Under the pieces are notes generated by a model that made no database searches, was not told the DNA's origin, and worked only from the letters and a program-made list of their open reading frames with translations. From IMG/VR virus record IMGVR_UViG_3300028593_000003: a stretch of DNA of 64,000 nt; one strand, given 5' to 3'. The DNA is from a virus (lineage: Duplodnaviria > Caudoviricetes). The translations under genes were made by a program, and so were the position numbers. Shown here piece after piece: positions 37,619 to 46,966 of this stretch. Within the stretch, counting starts at the first letter, position 1, and the number at the start of each line of letters is the position of its first letter.

Positions 37619-38223
37619 CTCAACCTTTTCACAATACCGTCACACATTCCAAGTTTTATTGCTTCCTCCGGACGCAGATATTTATTCCTGTCAATCAGTT
37701 TCGTAACATCTTCTGCCGACAATTTACATCTTGAAGCAATTTCCTCAATCATCTGGCCCTGTAGAAACTTTATCTCTTCTGTATCAATGACCACATCGGC
37801 AAGTGTTCCCCCGTGCCAGGAACTTATCTGATGGAACATCAATCTGGAATGTGGGGTCATAAACCTTCTTCCCTTCTTACCGTTTATGAAAATAAAGGCG
37901 GCCGCCGACATTGCTTTTCCTATACAGATTGTCCTGATAGGGGATACAATGATGTTCATCATATCCGTTACGGAAAACATACTATCAACTTCACCACCGT
38001 AACAGTCAAGTATCAATGTAATCTCTTTCAATGGGGCATCAGATTGATAATCCAACAATCTTTCATTTATATCTTTTGCCAGATTTTCGTCAAGGTTCCC
38101 CACGATATAGATAATCCTGTCCATTCTCTTGGCTGTTTTCGGGGGCCCCATCTCCTTCATTATCTCCTGTGGATCAATAATAAAATGAACTTCCTGTGAT
38201 TCTTTCTTTGTTTTCCTCTTCAT
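37615..38223 (-). CDS. clpP: ClpP-family protease subunit
   Basis: RIIYIVG, YGGEV, GKAMSAA, RLMFHQ, EEAIKLGMCD. Confidence 0.88.
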   Translation of the reverse strand: MKRKTKKESQEVHFIIDPQEIMKEMGPPKTAKRMDRIIYIVGNLDENLAKDINERLLDYQSDAPLKEITLILDCYGGEVDSMFSVTDMMNIIVSPIRTICIGKAMSAAAFIFINGKKGRRFMTPHSRLMFHQISSWHGGTLADVVIDTEEIKFLQGQMIEEIASRCKLSAEDVTKLIDRNKYLRPEEAIKLGMCDGIVKRLS

Positions 38224-38225
38224 CT

Positions 38226-39101
38226 CTACTCACCAAAAAATAAATTCAAGCCCTCACCAGCTGAGCCAGAAAGTAATTCCTTTTTATTCATAGGTTCCAG
38301 TAAAATCTCAATCTTGGACAAGAAGTATTTATCCAGCATTTTGTCGTAATCTATCTGGACAACCTTGTCAAATTCGTGGGGCCATCTCAAAAAGGATATG
38401 ACATCCAGACCCAAGGCATTTCTCTTGAGATACACAACCTTGGCCTTTGCCCCGCTATAAATGTCCTCATACTTTTTTTCAAGTTTGAGGTGCTTGAGTA
38501 ATTTCCTGTAATTATTTATGCCTCTCAAATGGAATGGAGTTCCCTTCTCAATCTCTCCATCTGCTTTCACAAATTTCTCTATATCACTTGCTCCGATGTT
38601 GACTGAAATCTCTTCCGGATAAACCCCCTTCAATTCCTTCTTGTACTGCTCTATCTTTTTCAGGATGTTCTCATCCGTTTCGCCGCGGAGGATCATCTCC
38701 ATCACATCTTTCAATCTCGGCCTGATGGCCTCCGGTGTGTCAGACCGGATAATTTCCAGACCAGTAACCTTTATCTTGTCAACTGGGGCACCCTCTTCAT
38801 TGACAGACCAGTAACCATACTTCTTCTTCTTCACGAAGAGAGCTGTCTTAGCCACGATTTCCTGTTTGAACTTTATCCTGAAATCGGTAACTGCGGAGTT
38901 ATACATTTTCCTCTGGACTTCCCGATAACAAGTCTCGTTCACATAATTTTCTATAATCGAGCCCAGTTCAAGTATCATCTTTATAGCAACATCATCACTA
39001 TATCTCGATACATCAATTCCATTATCAGAAAGGAATTTGCCCGTCGAAATAAACAGGGAATCAGTATCAGCGTATAAAACATAATCAGTTTTCTTTATCA
39101 T
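38226..39101 (-). CDS. Family B DNA polymerase, C-terminal part (motif C, thumb)
   Basis: YADTDS, KKKKYG, KVTGLEIIRSDTP; probable start MIKKTDYVLY at 39101. Confidence 0.9.
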   Translation of the reverse strand: MIKKTDYVLYADTDSLFISTGKFLSDNGIDVSRYSDDVAIKMILELGSIIENYVNETCYREVQRKMYNSAVTDFRIKFKQEIVAKTALFVKKKKYGYWSVNEEGAPVDKIKVTGLEIIRSDTPEAIRPRLKDVMEMILRGETDENILKKIEQYKKELKGVYPEEISVNIGASDIEKFVKADGEIEKGTPFHLRGINNYRKLLKHLKLEKKYEDIYSGAKAKVVYLKRNALGLDVISFLRWPHEFDKVVQIDYDKMLDKYFLSKIEILLEPMNKKELLSGSAGEGLNLFFGE

Positions 39102-39708
39102 AAAAACATTTCCAACCCCTGTGATGTTTTCTCTTTCCCACAGCAACCGAGGACATCAAGGTTTGTTGTAAGTTATGTTTTTTACAAAAATCTATCAATC
39201 CTTTTATTCTATATTCAATGCCGGCCGGTGAAATGATGATATACTTTTTACTATTCCAATGTAATTCCCCACATCCTGGCTTGCATTTATCTATCCACCA
39301 TTGGGGTAATTTTTTACCCCTCGTTGGGTGGGGGCCCCTCTTCTTTGTTTCGCTAATTTTTTTCTTCACATCATCGGGCCGTGATTTACCGAAAAATGGG
39401 TGCCTTTCGCCCGGCATCCAACCATCACCGCCTTCAGTACAATTATATCCCAATTCTATTGCCCTCGTTTCCTTTATAAAGGAAATTTCCTTTTCGTTTA
39501 GCTCATCAACTTTCCCTTTCCAAAGGACTTCAACATCAAAATTTTCCCAGCCATACTTATCAATGGCCCTTGTAAGTGGAGTTATATTTCTACGATCTTT
39601 TTTATGTGATGACATTCTTTTTTCGAGGCTTGTTACAGTTTTTCCAATATAAAATTTACCATTTATTTTATTTGTAATTTTATAAATTATTGACATACAA
39701 GAAACCAA
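39085..39708 (-). CDS. GIY-YIG homing endonuclease (NUMOD3)
   Basis: IIYKITNKINGKFYIGKT, GYNCTEGGDG, HPFFGK...KKKISE. Confidence 0.92.
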   Translation of the reverse strand: MVSCMSIIYKITNKINGKFYIGKTVTSLEKRMSSHKKDRRNITPLTRAIDKYGWENFDVEVLWKGKVDELNEKEISFIKETRAIELGYNCTEGGDGWMPGERHPFFGKSRPDDVKKKISETKKRGPHPTRGKKLPQWWIDKCKPGCGELHWNSKKYIIISPAGIEYRIKGLIDFCKKHNLQQTLMSSVAVGKRKHHRGWKCFYDKEN

Positions 39709-39729
39709 AATGTATATATGCTATATAAT

Positions 39730-41487
39730 CTATTTATATTTTTCGAGAAAAGACTTCAATTTTACATCTTTATCTGGATTATTCAGGAAATCATTTACAT
39801 ACCTCTCCCCGGCCTTGATGGTTTGTCTACCACAGGATGTAATTGCCTCTGATATGTTCACATTGAAATAACGGGAATAGGGAACACTCGTAACACCAAA
39901 AACTGCATTGAGTAGGATTTTGAGTGCGTTCTGTAGTGAATCGAATTGATTTATCCTCTCGTCTGCCCTCTTTTTGTTATCATCCCTCAATTCGGATAAA
40001 GATTTTTTCATCTTTATCATATTGTTCTTGATGTCGCGCCTCTTATTGAAAACATCCTTTTCAATCTGGGCGAGCACGCCGGGAGTCTTTGTCGAAAATA
40101 CCGAACCACAAGGAGCGATACTTATCAACTTCTTTTCGATGGCTGTATTGAAGGCCTCAAGTCTCTTACCTGAAAATGTTATCTTTTTCCCGTCCTTGAG
40201 AAGATTGAAATCGGGAAAACTTCTCTGTCTCACATATTGAATGACGGTATCCTCTGTCATATCGAGCACCCTGCCATAATATGTTTCCGGTGACATATTC
40301 AATGTGATTATAGCCGTGGGATAAGATGAAGCAATATCCAAATCAACAACCCACTCGTATTTACCTTGTTGTGGTTCCTTGACATATGCCGCCTCAAATG
40401 GTTCCTGCTGACCCCCAATGAATTTCGGGGCACACAATCCATTTCTCCTGTAATGTGTCAACAACAAGCCTTCAATGAGCTGCGTCATCACATCATAGTA
40501 TTTCATCGGGCTTTTTGTGAGAAGTGAAAGTGCTTGAACCTGACCTATGTAATTCAATTTTCTGTCAAGCTGGAAAACACGAAGAGAGTCCGTTATATTG
40601 TAATCCACAAATAAATCCCAATCCTTCTCACACAATTCCCTGATATCCTTGTACTGTGAATAGTCTACCTTGCCTTTCTCCAATTCATATTTGGAAACAA
40701 AATCGAGAGAATATCTTTCAAGTTTTACGGGGGAATACCATTTATAAAGGTCAATATAATCGAGTATGGTCAGGCCGGAGATGTTTATGTTCATCATTCC
40801 ACTCTTCGATTCCCATATTTGAACATCGCTAATTGGGGATATCCTCATAAACATTCGTGGGTCATCGAATATTCTTTTGGCCCTGTTTATGAGATAAGGA
40901 ATGTCAAAATTTGATATAGACCAACCGGAGATAACATCGCAGGGAAATTTGTGGAAGAAATTCAGTACCCTTGTCAAGAGGGATTTCTCATTTTCACACT
41001 TGATATACCTCACATACTTTTCCTTGGAAAACTTCCCATTCCTGTAATCCCTCAAGCCAAATACAGTTGTAGTATCTGTATCACTATCATAAATGGATGT
41101 GAGACAAATCGGGTCACGGGCATCTTCCGGATGAGGAAACCCAACTTTGTTATCAACTTCCATATCGAAGAAATACTTCTTGAGTTTTGGAACCTCAATT
41201 TCATTTTCCGGTATACCATAATATCTCTCGGCAAGAAATTGGATTTCGGGTCTTACCCTGTCCTCAAATATATTGTCCTTGCCCTTCAGGTAGGCAAAGT
41301 AATCCGAATAAGATCGGAACAGCCTTTTGGTAACGGGTTGGCCGTCTATTGTCTTTACATCACCCTTTTCATACGGGAAAAACACATATGGAACCCAAGG
41401 AATTTCTGTATAAAAATTTTCACCTTTGAGTTGTTCCCAAAGGTGAATAGTGGATGATTTTGTATTGTAATATACATTCTTGAACAT
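39730..41487 (-). CDS. Family B DNA polymerase, N-terminal part (exonuclease, motifs A and B)
   Basis: FDMEV, NFDIPYL, YNITD, DLDIASSYP, KILLNAVFG. Confidence 0.92.
   Translation of the reverse strand: MFKNVYYNTKSSTIHLWEQLKGENFYTEIPWVPYVFFPYEKGDVKTIDGQPVTKRLFRSYSDYFAYLKGKDNIFEDRVRPEIQFLAERYYGIPENEIEVPKLKKYFFDMEVDNKVGFPHPEDARDPICLTSIYDSDTDTTTVFGLRDYRNGKFSKEKYVRYIKCENEKSLLTRVLNFFHKFPCDVISGWSISNFDIPYLINRAKRIFDDPRMFMRISPISDVQIWESKSGMMNINISGLTILDYIDLYKWYSPVKLERYSLDFVSKYELEKGKVDYSQYKDIRELCEKDWDLFVDYNITDSLRVFQLDRKLNYIGQVQALSLLTKSPMKYYDVMTQLIEGLLLTHYRRNGLCAPKFIGGQQEPFEAAYVKEPQQGKYEWVVDLDIASSYPTAIITLNMSPETYYGRVLDMTEDTVIQYVRQRSFPDFNLLKDGKKITFSGKRLEAFNTAIEKKLISIAPCGSVFSTKTPGVLAQIEKDVFNKRRDIKNNMIKMKKSLSELRDDNKKRADERINQFDSLQNALKILLNAVFGVTSVPYSRYFNVNISEAITSCGRQTIKAGERYVNDFLNNPDKDVKLKSFLEKYK
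39731..39738 (-). promoter_or_regulatory. Late promoter for the GIY-YIG gene embedded in the polymerase 3' end
   Basis: TATAAATA overlapping the final codons TAT AAA TAG. Confidence 0.55.
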
Positions 41488-41909
41488 TATTCAATCTCGT
41501 ATAACGATATCCTCTCGGCATTCAGGCCTGCAGTCGCTTTGCCACTTCTCTTCCCAGCTGTCGTGGAAGTTTTCGCTATACCAAAACCTGATAAAGTTGA
41601 GAGGCCTTCACCCGCCATAATAATATCCGTATAAAACTTTACCAGCTGGGGTTGTGTCAATTCCCTGTCAAGATATTTCTTGATGTTCGTTATTTGTCTC
41701 TTGACCCGCGCCTCCCCTTTTACGTCCATCAATTCCTCGACCATCAAAAGTGTTTCCTGTATCCAATGACGAATAGTTTCCGCCGATACAAATTGTATTT
41801 TTGGATACCAGATAGATAGTGTTGATGAAAGGACAGATTTCAAGTCATCACAAGTGGTATAAAAATTTCCATTCAATATAATTCTGATATTCTCTTTTCT
41901 TTTTGCCAT
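41487..41909 (-). CDS. Hypothetical protein
   Basis: Start MAKRKEN; TAATG-coupled to the polymerase. Confidence 0.55.
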   Translation of the reverse strand: MAKRKENIRIILNGNFYTTCDDLKSVLSSTLSIWYPKIQFVSAETIRHWIQETLLMVEELMDVKGEARVKRQITNIKKYLDRELTQPQLVKFYTDIIMAGEGLSTLSGFGIAKTSTTAGKRSGKATAGLNAERISLYEIE

Positions 41910-41913
41910 AAAA

Positions 41914-43251
41914 TCACCCATTCTTTTTCTGAAATACAAATACTGGCTCGTATTTGTTCACTCTACCTTCACATCTTACAGTATTCATTGTACCACGGGC
42001 AGAGATATCCTCAAGGTTGTTATCTCGTCCTATAGTAAATCTCATTAGCATATGTATCATATCACGATTTTGAAACCCAACACTCTCTGCCAAGGACGCG
42101 GAATCCTCTTCCATTTTGAGATATTTATTTTTCGCCAATTTTATGTTTGCAATATTCCAGACAAAGAAACCACCGGGCATCAGAAATTCGTGGACATTCT
42201 GCATTGTCTTTTTCAAGAAACCATTCTTCCACGCTTCGTAGGAATTGAATTTCTTATATGACTGTGCATCATCATCACTATATCTTTCCCGATTGAAATA
42301 TGGTGGTGAGGTATAAGCCAAAACCGCCTTACCTTTGTACTTTTCAAATAGGTCTGTTTTATCAAAATCCTCGGAACCCGAGCAAATTGGATACACTTCG
42401 GCGGTGCAGGAAGGGTCAATGAATTTCTTCCAGAACTTTTCTATCATCCCATACCTCTCGTATATCGCCGAGTTGGGGTCTGTTCCTATATATACACACC
42501 TTTTATTTCTTAGCTGGGAAGAAGCCGAAAGAAATGAAATCAATCTACCGCCCCACCCCATTGACGGGTCAAAGACAATTATCTCTTCCTCCTCTACACA
42601 GGGAGACATCTTCAACATAAAATGTTGATATATCCATTTTGCCACGGGGCATCTTATATTTGAAACTGGCTGTGTTCCGGAACCCATTCTGATTGATTGT
42701 TTGAGAGTGGGCCAGACGGGTTTATTCGGGTTGTCTCTCCATCCATTGAGTTTATCTTTCCACAACATCCTCTTCATCTTCTTCATATAGACTTGTTTAT
42801 CTCTCAACAAGTCTATTACAGATGGTGTCTGCTGATTTATTCCACGGGTAATGGGAACATCCATCATTTCTGGAAACCAATGGTCTATAACAGTTGACCA
42901 GGCGTTGTACCCCTTGAGGATTTTCTTGCCATCCTCTTCAAAATATATGTCAGGTTTATTCGGGTTGAGCCCGTGAAACTTTCTCAATCTGGTAATTATT
43001 TCTTCAAGAGAGGCGGAGCCTGCACCAACCGGATAATGTTCCTTCTCATACTTCTCCAAAAAGAAAATACGCAGTTTTTCTGCGTACTTTTCAAATTCCT
43101 TTTCAGACATATCCCTGACTATTGGCCACAATGGGTTCAATTCATCAGGAACTTCAAGTGTCGTATACAATGGAAGGAAATCACAGTCCTCAATTTTATC
43201 TTCCTTCACATCAAAAAATGTTTCAATCATTATATCCTCTGAATTTCTCAA
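41914..43251 (-). CDS. DNA amino-methyltransferase (m4C/m6A-type)
   Basis: FDPSMGWGGRL (SAM-binding), YIGTDPN, TSPPYF. Confidence 0.8.
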   Translation of the reverse strand: MRNSEDIMIETFFDVKEDKIEDCDFLPLYTTLEVPDELNPLWPIVRDMSEKEFEKYAEKLRIFFLEKYEKEHYPVGAGSASLEEIITRLRKFHGLNPNKPDIYFEEDGKKILKGYNAWSTVIDHWFPEMMDVPITRGINQQTPSVIDLLRDKQVYMKKMKRMLWKDKLNGWRDNPNKPVWPTLKQSIRMGSGTQPVSNIRCPVAKWIYQHFMLKMSPCVEEEEIIVFDPSMGWGGRLISFLSASSQLRNKRCVYIGTDPNSAIYERYGMIEKFWKKFIDPSCTAEVYPICSGSEDFDKTDLFEKYKGKAVLAYTSPPYFNRERYSDDDAQSYKKFNSYEAWKNGFLKKTMQNVHEFLMPGGFFVWNIANIKLAKNKYLKMEEDSASLAESVGFQNRDMIHMLMRFTIGRDNNLEDISARGTMNTVRCEGRVNKYEPVFVFQKKNG

Positions 43252-43795
43252 TACTCTCTTTCAATAGTTGTTCGCCCTTCGACGGATTATAAATCGTAAA
43301 GGCCGGGTGAACAGAAATCACCACGGGGCAATCAAATTCCCTGCTGTGTACTTCTTTTCCACTATGTTTCATTATATCACTTTCGCCCAGAATTGTAAAC
43401 AGGGCGTACCCACCCAAAATCAATATGGCCCGCGGTTTCAAAACCTTCAAATATTTTCTTATCCACGGCCAGCATTGTTCCATCTGTTCATTCGATGGTT
43501 TTCCATTCTTATTTCCCACCACAGGCCTGCAATTTACGGAATTGATAATCAGGAAATCCTCTCTGGAAAGGCCGTTTCTTTTCATTGCATCCCAAAGGAT
43601 ATTTCCGGCCTTTCCGACAAAAGGTGAGTTCTCACGGACTTCATCGAAGCCCGGAGCCTCACCTATTATCGCAAAACGGGAGGAAGATACCCAATAGGGT
43701 TTCGCCCCACCATTCTGAAAGAGAGAACATTTTTTACACTCCCCGATCATATTGTCGAGAAGCGACAACATTCGTAGTTGTTTTTTATCCATCAA
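43223..43795 (-). CDS. Uracil-DNA glycosylase family 4
   Basis: CKKC, GEAPGFDE, PFVGKAG, NSVNCRP, HPA. Confidence 0.92.
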   Translation of the reverse strand: MMDKKQLRMLSLLDNMIGECKKCSLFQNGGAKPYWVSSSRFAIIGEAPGFDEVRENSPFVGKAGNILWDAMKRNGLSREDFLIINSVNCRPVVGNKNGKPSNEQMEQCWPWIRKYLKVLKPRAILILGGYALFTILGESDIMKHSGKEVHSREFDCPVVISVHPAFTIYNPSKGEQLLKESIEKFRGYND

Positions 43796-43994
43796 GTATC
43801 ATCACCAATACAGCACAAAATATGAGAAACACAAGACCAAGAACGGGCGGAACCCAAATCGGAGCAAATATCCACCACCAAGACCACCCAATAAAACCCA
43901 AGACTTTGAGGGTTATCAAAAATATTGTCAATAAAACAAAAGGCCACATACTCAAACTTCTCCTTTCTCTTTTTTCCCACCATCGTTTTTTCAT
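43785..43994 (-). CDS. Small membrane protein
   Basis: LKVLGFIGWSWWWIFAPIW. Confidence 0.65.
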   Translation of the reverse strand: MKKRWWEKRERRSLSMWPFVLLTIFLITLKVLGFIGWSWWWIFAPIWVPPVLGLVFLIFCAVLVMILDG

Positions 43995-45370
43995 CGCCTG
44001 CTCCTCTGGCCTCTTTCCTGACCAATCAGGACGGCTTTTCTTTCATCACCAGTTTCCTTCGCGTCCTCCAACCACAGTTCAAGCTCGGAAGTATCGTACA
44101 TCTTCAATGTGCGAGTATCGTAATAAAATTTGTCCACTTCCCCAACTCGACCACCAATCCTGTTCTTCACAATCTTATAATGCAGTTCACTCTCATAAAT
44201 CAGTTTCTCGTCATCCACGCCGTAGATTGCCATAAAATCTGCGGTTGCCGGAACCCCCATACTTTCTGCGATATAGACAAAATCAACTTCATCAAAAGCA
44301 ATCATCGAGCCTTCCCTGTTCAATTGTGAAACAGAAACAACCGGACATTCAAACTGGAATGACATCGCTCTACATTCCTCGGCTATCCTCTTGACATCAG
44401 AATAGAGATTGTCTTTACCTGAATAGGTGGGTTTCATTATATTGATATAGTCGAGGTAGATGATATCTGGTTTCACACCCCTGATAATCCATTCCCTTAT
44501 CAACCTTTTTATATCCTGAACAGAGGCCTCGCCGGTTGGAAATTGTTTGATGACGAGTTTTCCTCGTTGAGGGGTTTCACTCTTTATCTTTCTCAATCTG
44601 GATATCAATTGGCTCTTCATCGCCTCAAGAGTATATATCTTGTTGATATCAAGGTTACTGAAGATACTGTCAAATCTTTGTGCGAAAGCATCCTCTGACA
44701 TTTCCAATGTACAGAGAAATACATTATGACCGTGAAGAACTTGGCGGGCAGCAATATTGGCAAGGGTATTTGATTTGAACCCGTGAACACGGGCCACAAT
44801 TACCGAAAATGTAAATGGTGGGAACCCACCATTGAGATACTCATCGAATTGGGGAAAATATGTTCTTATCCTGTTTGAGGATGTAGTGAAAATCCTCTTC
44901 AATCTTTCCCCGAGCATTTCAAAATAGTCAAGACCGATATCTATCCTCAAATCTTTCGCCAGGGCAGCCTCGACCAGTTCTCTTATCTTTCCTCTCTCTT
45001 CTATCTTTCCACTATTGATAACATCAACGGAATCGAGAATGGCTCTCTTGACGGCTTTATCCTTGAGATATTCATTCGATTCCTTGAGAAGATAATCCCA
45101 GTTCTTCGCGATATCGAAATCAATAGCGTCCATCTCGGAGAATATTTCCCGAATCTCATCATCGTGATGAGAAAGGGAACCCCTGATGGCATCCCTCGGT
45201 GGGATTTTGTCATACTGCTCCAGATGAGACTTCAGAAAAGTGAAAATCTCCGATATTACGGGATCATCAAAATACTCTGTTCGAAATGTGGATGTAATAG
45301 TCGCAAGAAATCCCTTGTCAACCATACAACCTTTCAATATGACTTTTTCAAGAAATCTCGAATCCATCAA
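43991..45370 (-). CDS. Replicative DnaB-like helicase (T4 gp41-like)
   Basis: TLEMSE, IYLDYINIM, SQLNREG, IAESMG, KNRIGG. Confidence 0.93.
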   Translation of the reverse strand: MMDSRFLEKVILKGCMVDKGFLATITSTFRTEYFDDPVISEIFTFLKSHLEQYDKIPPRDAIRGSLSHHDDEIREIFSEMDAIDFDIAKNWDYLLKESNEYLKDKAVKRAILDSVDVINSGKIEERGKIRELVEAALAKDLRIDIGLDYFEMLGERLKRIFTTSSNRIRTYFPQFDEYLNGGFPPFTFSVIVARVHGFKSNTLANIAARQVLHGHNVFLCTLEMSEDAFAQRFDSIFSNLDINKIYTLEAMKSQLISRLRKIKSETPQRGKLVIKQFPTGEASVQDIKRLIREWIIRGVKPDIIYLDYINIMKPTYSGKDNLYSDVKRIAEECRAMSFQFECPVVSVSQLNREGSMIAFDEVDFVYIAESMGVPATADFMAIYGVDDEKLIYESELHYKIVKNRIGGRVGEVDKFYYDTRTLKMYDTSELELWLEDAKETGDERKAVLIGQERGQRSRR

Positions 45371-45735
45371 TTCACCTGCTCGAATTGGCTACACTTATAT
45401 ATTATCTGATCTTTGGACATTTGACAATTATGCTTACAAAGATTACAGAGGCTCTTATTTTTTTCGAGAGAAATTGGATAGACCTTTTCATAAGATTTGG
45501 GTAAAATGAAAAGTTTTTCCACATCAAGCTCGTCCAATATTTCCTTTGCAACGGTGCTCGCTCTGCCTTGCAATCTCAAATATTGTTTGAGAGTAAGATA
45601 ATTTTTGATATTTGGAACATCATCAACCTTGGTGATTTTTTTCAAAAAATTGAATTTGTTCTTCCTCAAAATTCCAAGGTTCCAGCTTCCATCCGTATCC
45701 TTTACAACGGCCATTGCTTTTATGTTTATACTCAT
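45367..45735 (-). CDS. Hypothetical protein with C-terminal Cys cluster
   Basis: Start MSINIKA (RBS GGAGG); CNLC...C...C. Confidence 0.6.
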   Translation of the reverse strand: MSINIKAMAVVKDTDGSWNLGILRKNKFNFLKKITKVDDVPNIKNYLTLKQYLRLQGRASTVAKEILDELDVEKLFILPKSYEKVYPISLEKNKSLCNLCKHNCQMSKDQIIYKCSQFEQVN

Positions 45736-45762
45736 AAAACGCCTCCACATTTTATCTACTGT

Positions 45763-45836
45763 ATTATACCACAATTTGGCTTGATTGTAAATAGAAGTTT
45801 ACACTTGAAATACAATATGTTATAATAGTATAAATA
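45763..45836. promoter_or_regulatory. Divergent early-type promoters plus a late promoter
   Basis: Minus TTTACA-N17-TATAAT (45763-45791); plus TTTACA-N17-TATAAT (45798-45826); plus TATAAATA (45829-45836). Confidence 0.8.
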
Positions 45837-45856
45837 CATATACAAGAGGATCTTCA

Positions 45857-46306
45857 ATGAATAATAACAATGATTTGGCCCAAGGTGAAGTTGTAGAAAG
45901 GGATAAAATCTGGAAAGAATTATATAATTTACACCCGATAGACAAGCAAGTCCAGTTTTCAGAACTCGATATACAGGAAAAAATCCGAAATCAACCATTT
46001 CTTTTACTCCAATATAATGACCTCTATTACAAGGAAAGGGCCCGGATGGATAAAATGTTGGAAGTTGTAGATAAAATACAGGGTACAAGATATGACTTCT
46101 ACAAATTCAATTACGATAAAGAGCTGACAAAATACGAAATAGAAAAGTTTTATCTTCCAAAAGACCCCACCCTCCTGAAAGCAAAGGAAAAACTGAGAAA
46201 ACAACAATGGAGAGTTGACTTCTACAAAATGTGTTCTGATGCCATAAACAATCAAGGTTGGCAATTCAAATCGTATATGGAGGCCCTGAAACAGGGCCTT
46301 ATGTGA
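45857..46306 (+). CDS. uvsY: Recombination mediator UvsY-like
   Basis: Helical; C-terminal AINNQGWQFKSY; upstream of UvsW. Confidence 0.65.
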   Translation: MNNNNDLAQGEVVERDKIWKELYNLHPIDKQVQFSELDIQEKIRNQPFLLLQYNDLYYKERARMDKMLEVVDKIQGTRYDFYKFNYDKELTKYEIEKFYLPKDPTLLKAKEKLRKQQWRVDFYKMCSDAINNQGWQFKSYMEALKQGLM

Positions 46307-46339
46307 TCATTATATCAATAAATATCAAAAAAGTAAACA

Positions 46340-46966
46340 ATGATAATTTATAAAGTAAGTAACAAAAAAACTGGTAAATCATATATTGGAAAAACAATTC
46401 TATCTATTTCCAAAAGGATTTCAAATCATCTGAATGAAGCCCAAAGAAATAAAAAGAGATATGTATTTCATAATGCGCTAATAAAGTATGGTATAGACAA
46501 TTTCAACATTGAAGTATTATGTCATTGCTCAAATAAAGATAATCTCAGTAAAATGGAGACATTCTATATTCAATATTATAATACGCACTATCTCGATGGA
46601 TATGGTTATAATATGTCTTATGGTGGAGATGGACAAATTGGGCATATACATACAAAAGAAACAAGAAGAAAAATGAGTTTAGCACAAAAAGAAAGACATA
46701 AAAAATTTGGGCATCCATTGTCGGGTAAACATTTGACAGAAAAGCATAAACATAGGCTTTCATTATTCTGGAAAGGAAAAGAAAGAAAAAAATGGACAGC
46801 CGAGCAAAAAAGAAAGGCCTCTGAATTTTGGAAAGGGAAAAGATCGGGTAAAAATAACTCGATGTATGGTAGAAAAAGAATTTTTTCTGATGAAACCAAA
46901 AAGAAAATAAGTGAGGCTGTGAAACTAGCGTGGCAAAAAAGAAAAGAAAATGGTTACAATTTGTAA
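46340..46966 (+). CDS. GIY-YIG homing endonuclease (NUMOD3 repeats), free-standing
   Basis: IIYKVSNKKTGKSYIGKT, GYNMSYGGDG, HTKETRRKMS. Confidence 0.92.
   Translation: MIIYKVSNKKTGKSYIGKTILSISKRISNHLNEAQRNKKRYVFHNALIKYGIDNFNIEVLCHCSNKDNLSKMETFYIQYYNTHYLDGYGYNMSYGGDGQIGHIHTKETRRKMSLAQKERHKKFGHPLSGKHLTEKHKHRLSLFWKGKERKKWTAEQKRKASEFWKGKRSGKNNSMYGRKRIFSDETKKKISEAVKLAWQKRKENGYNL

Noticed and set aside
39085-39730. Group I intron or intein in the polymerase
   Set aside because: No non-coding space for intron structure; the N-part has its own stop and there are no intein motifs. Not formally excluded without RT-PCR.
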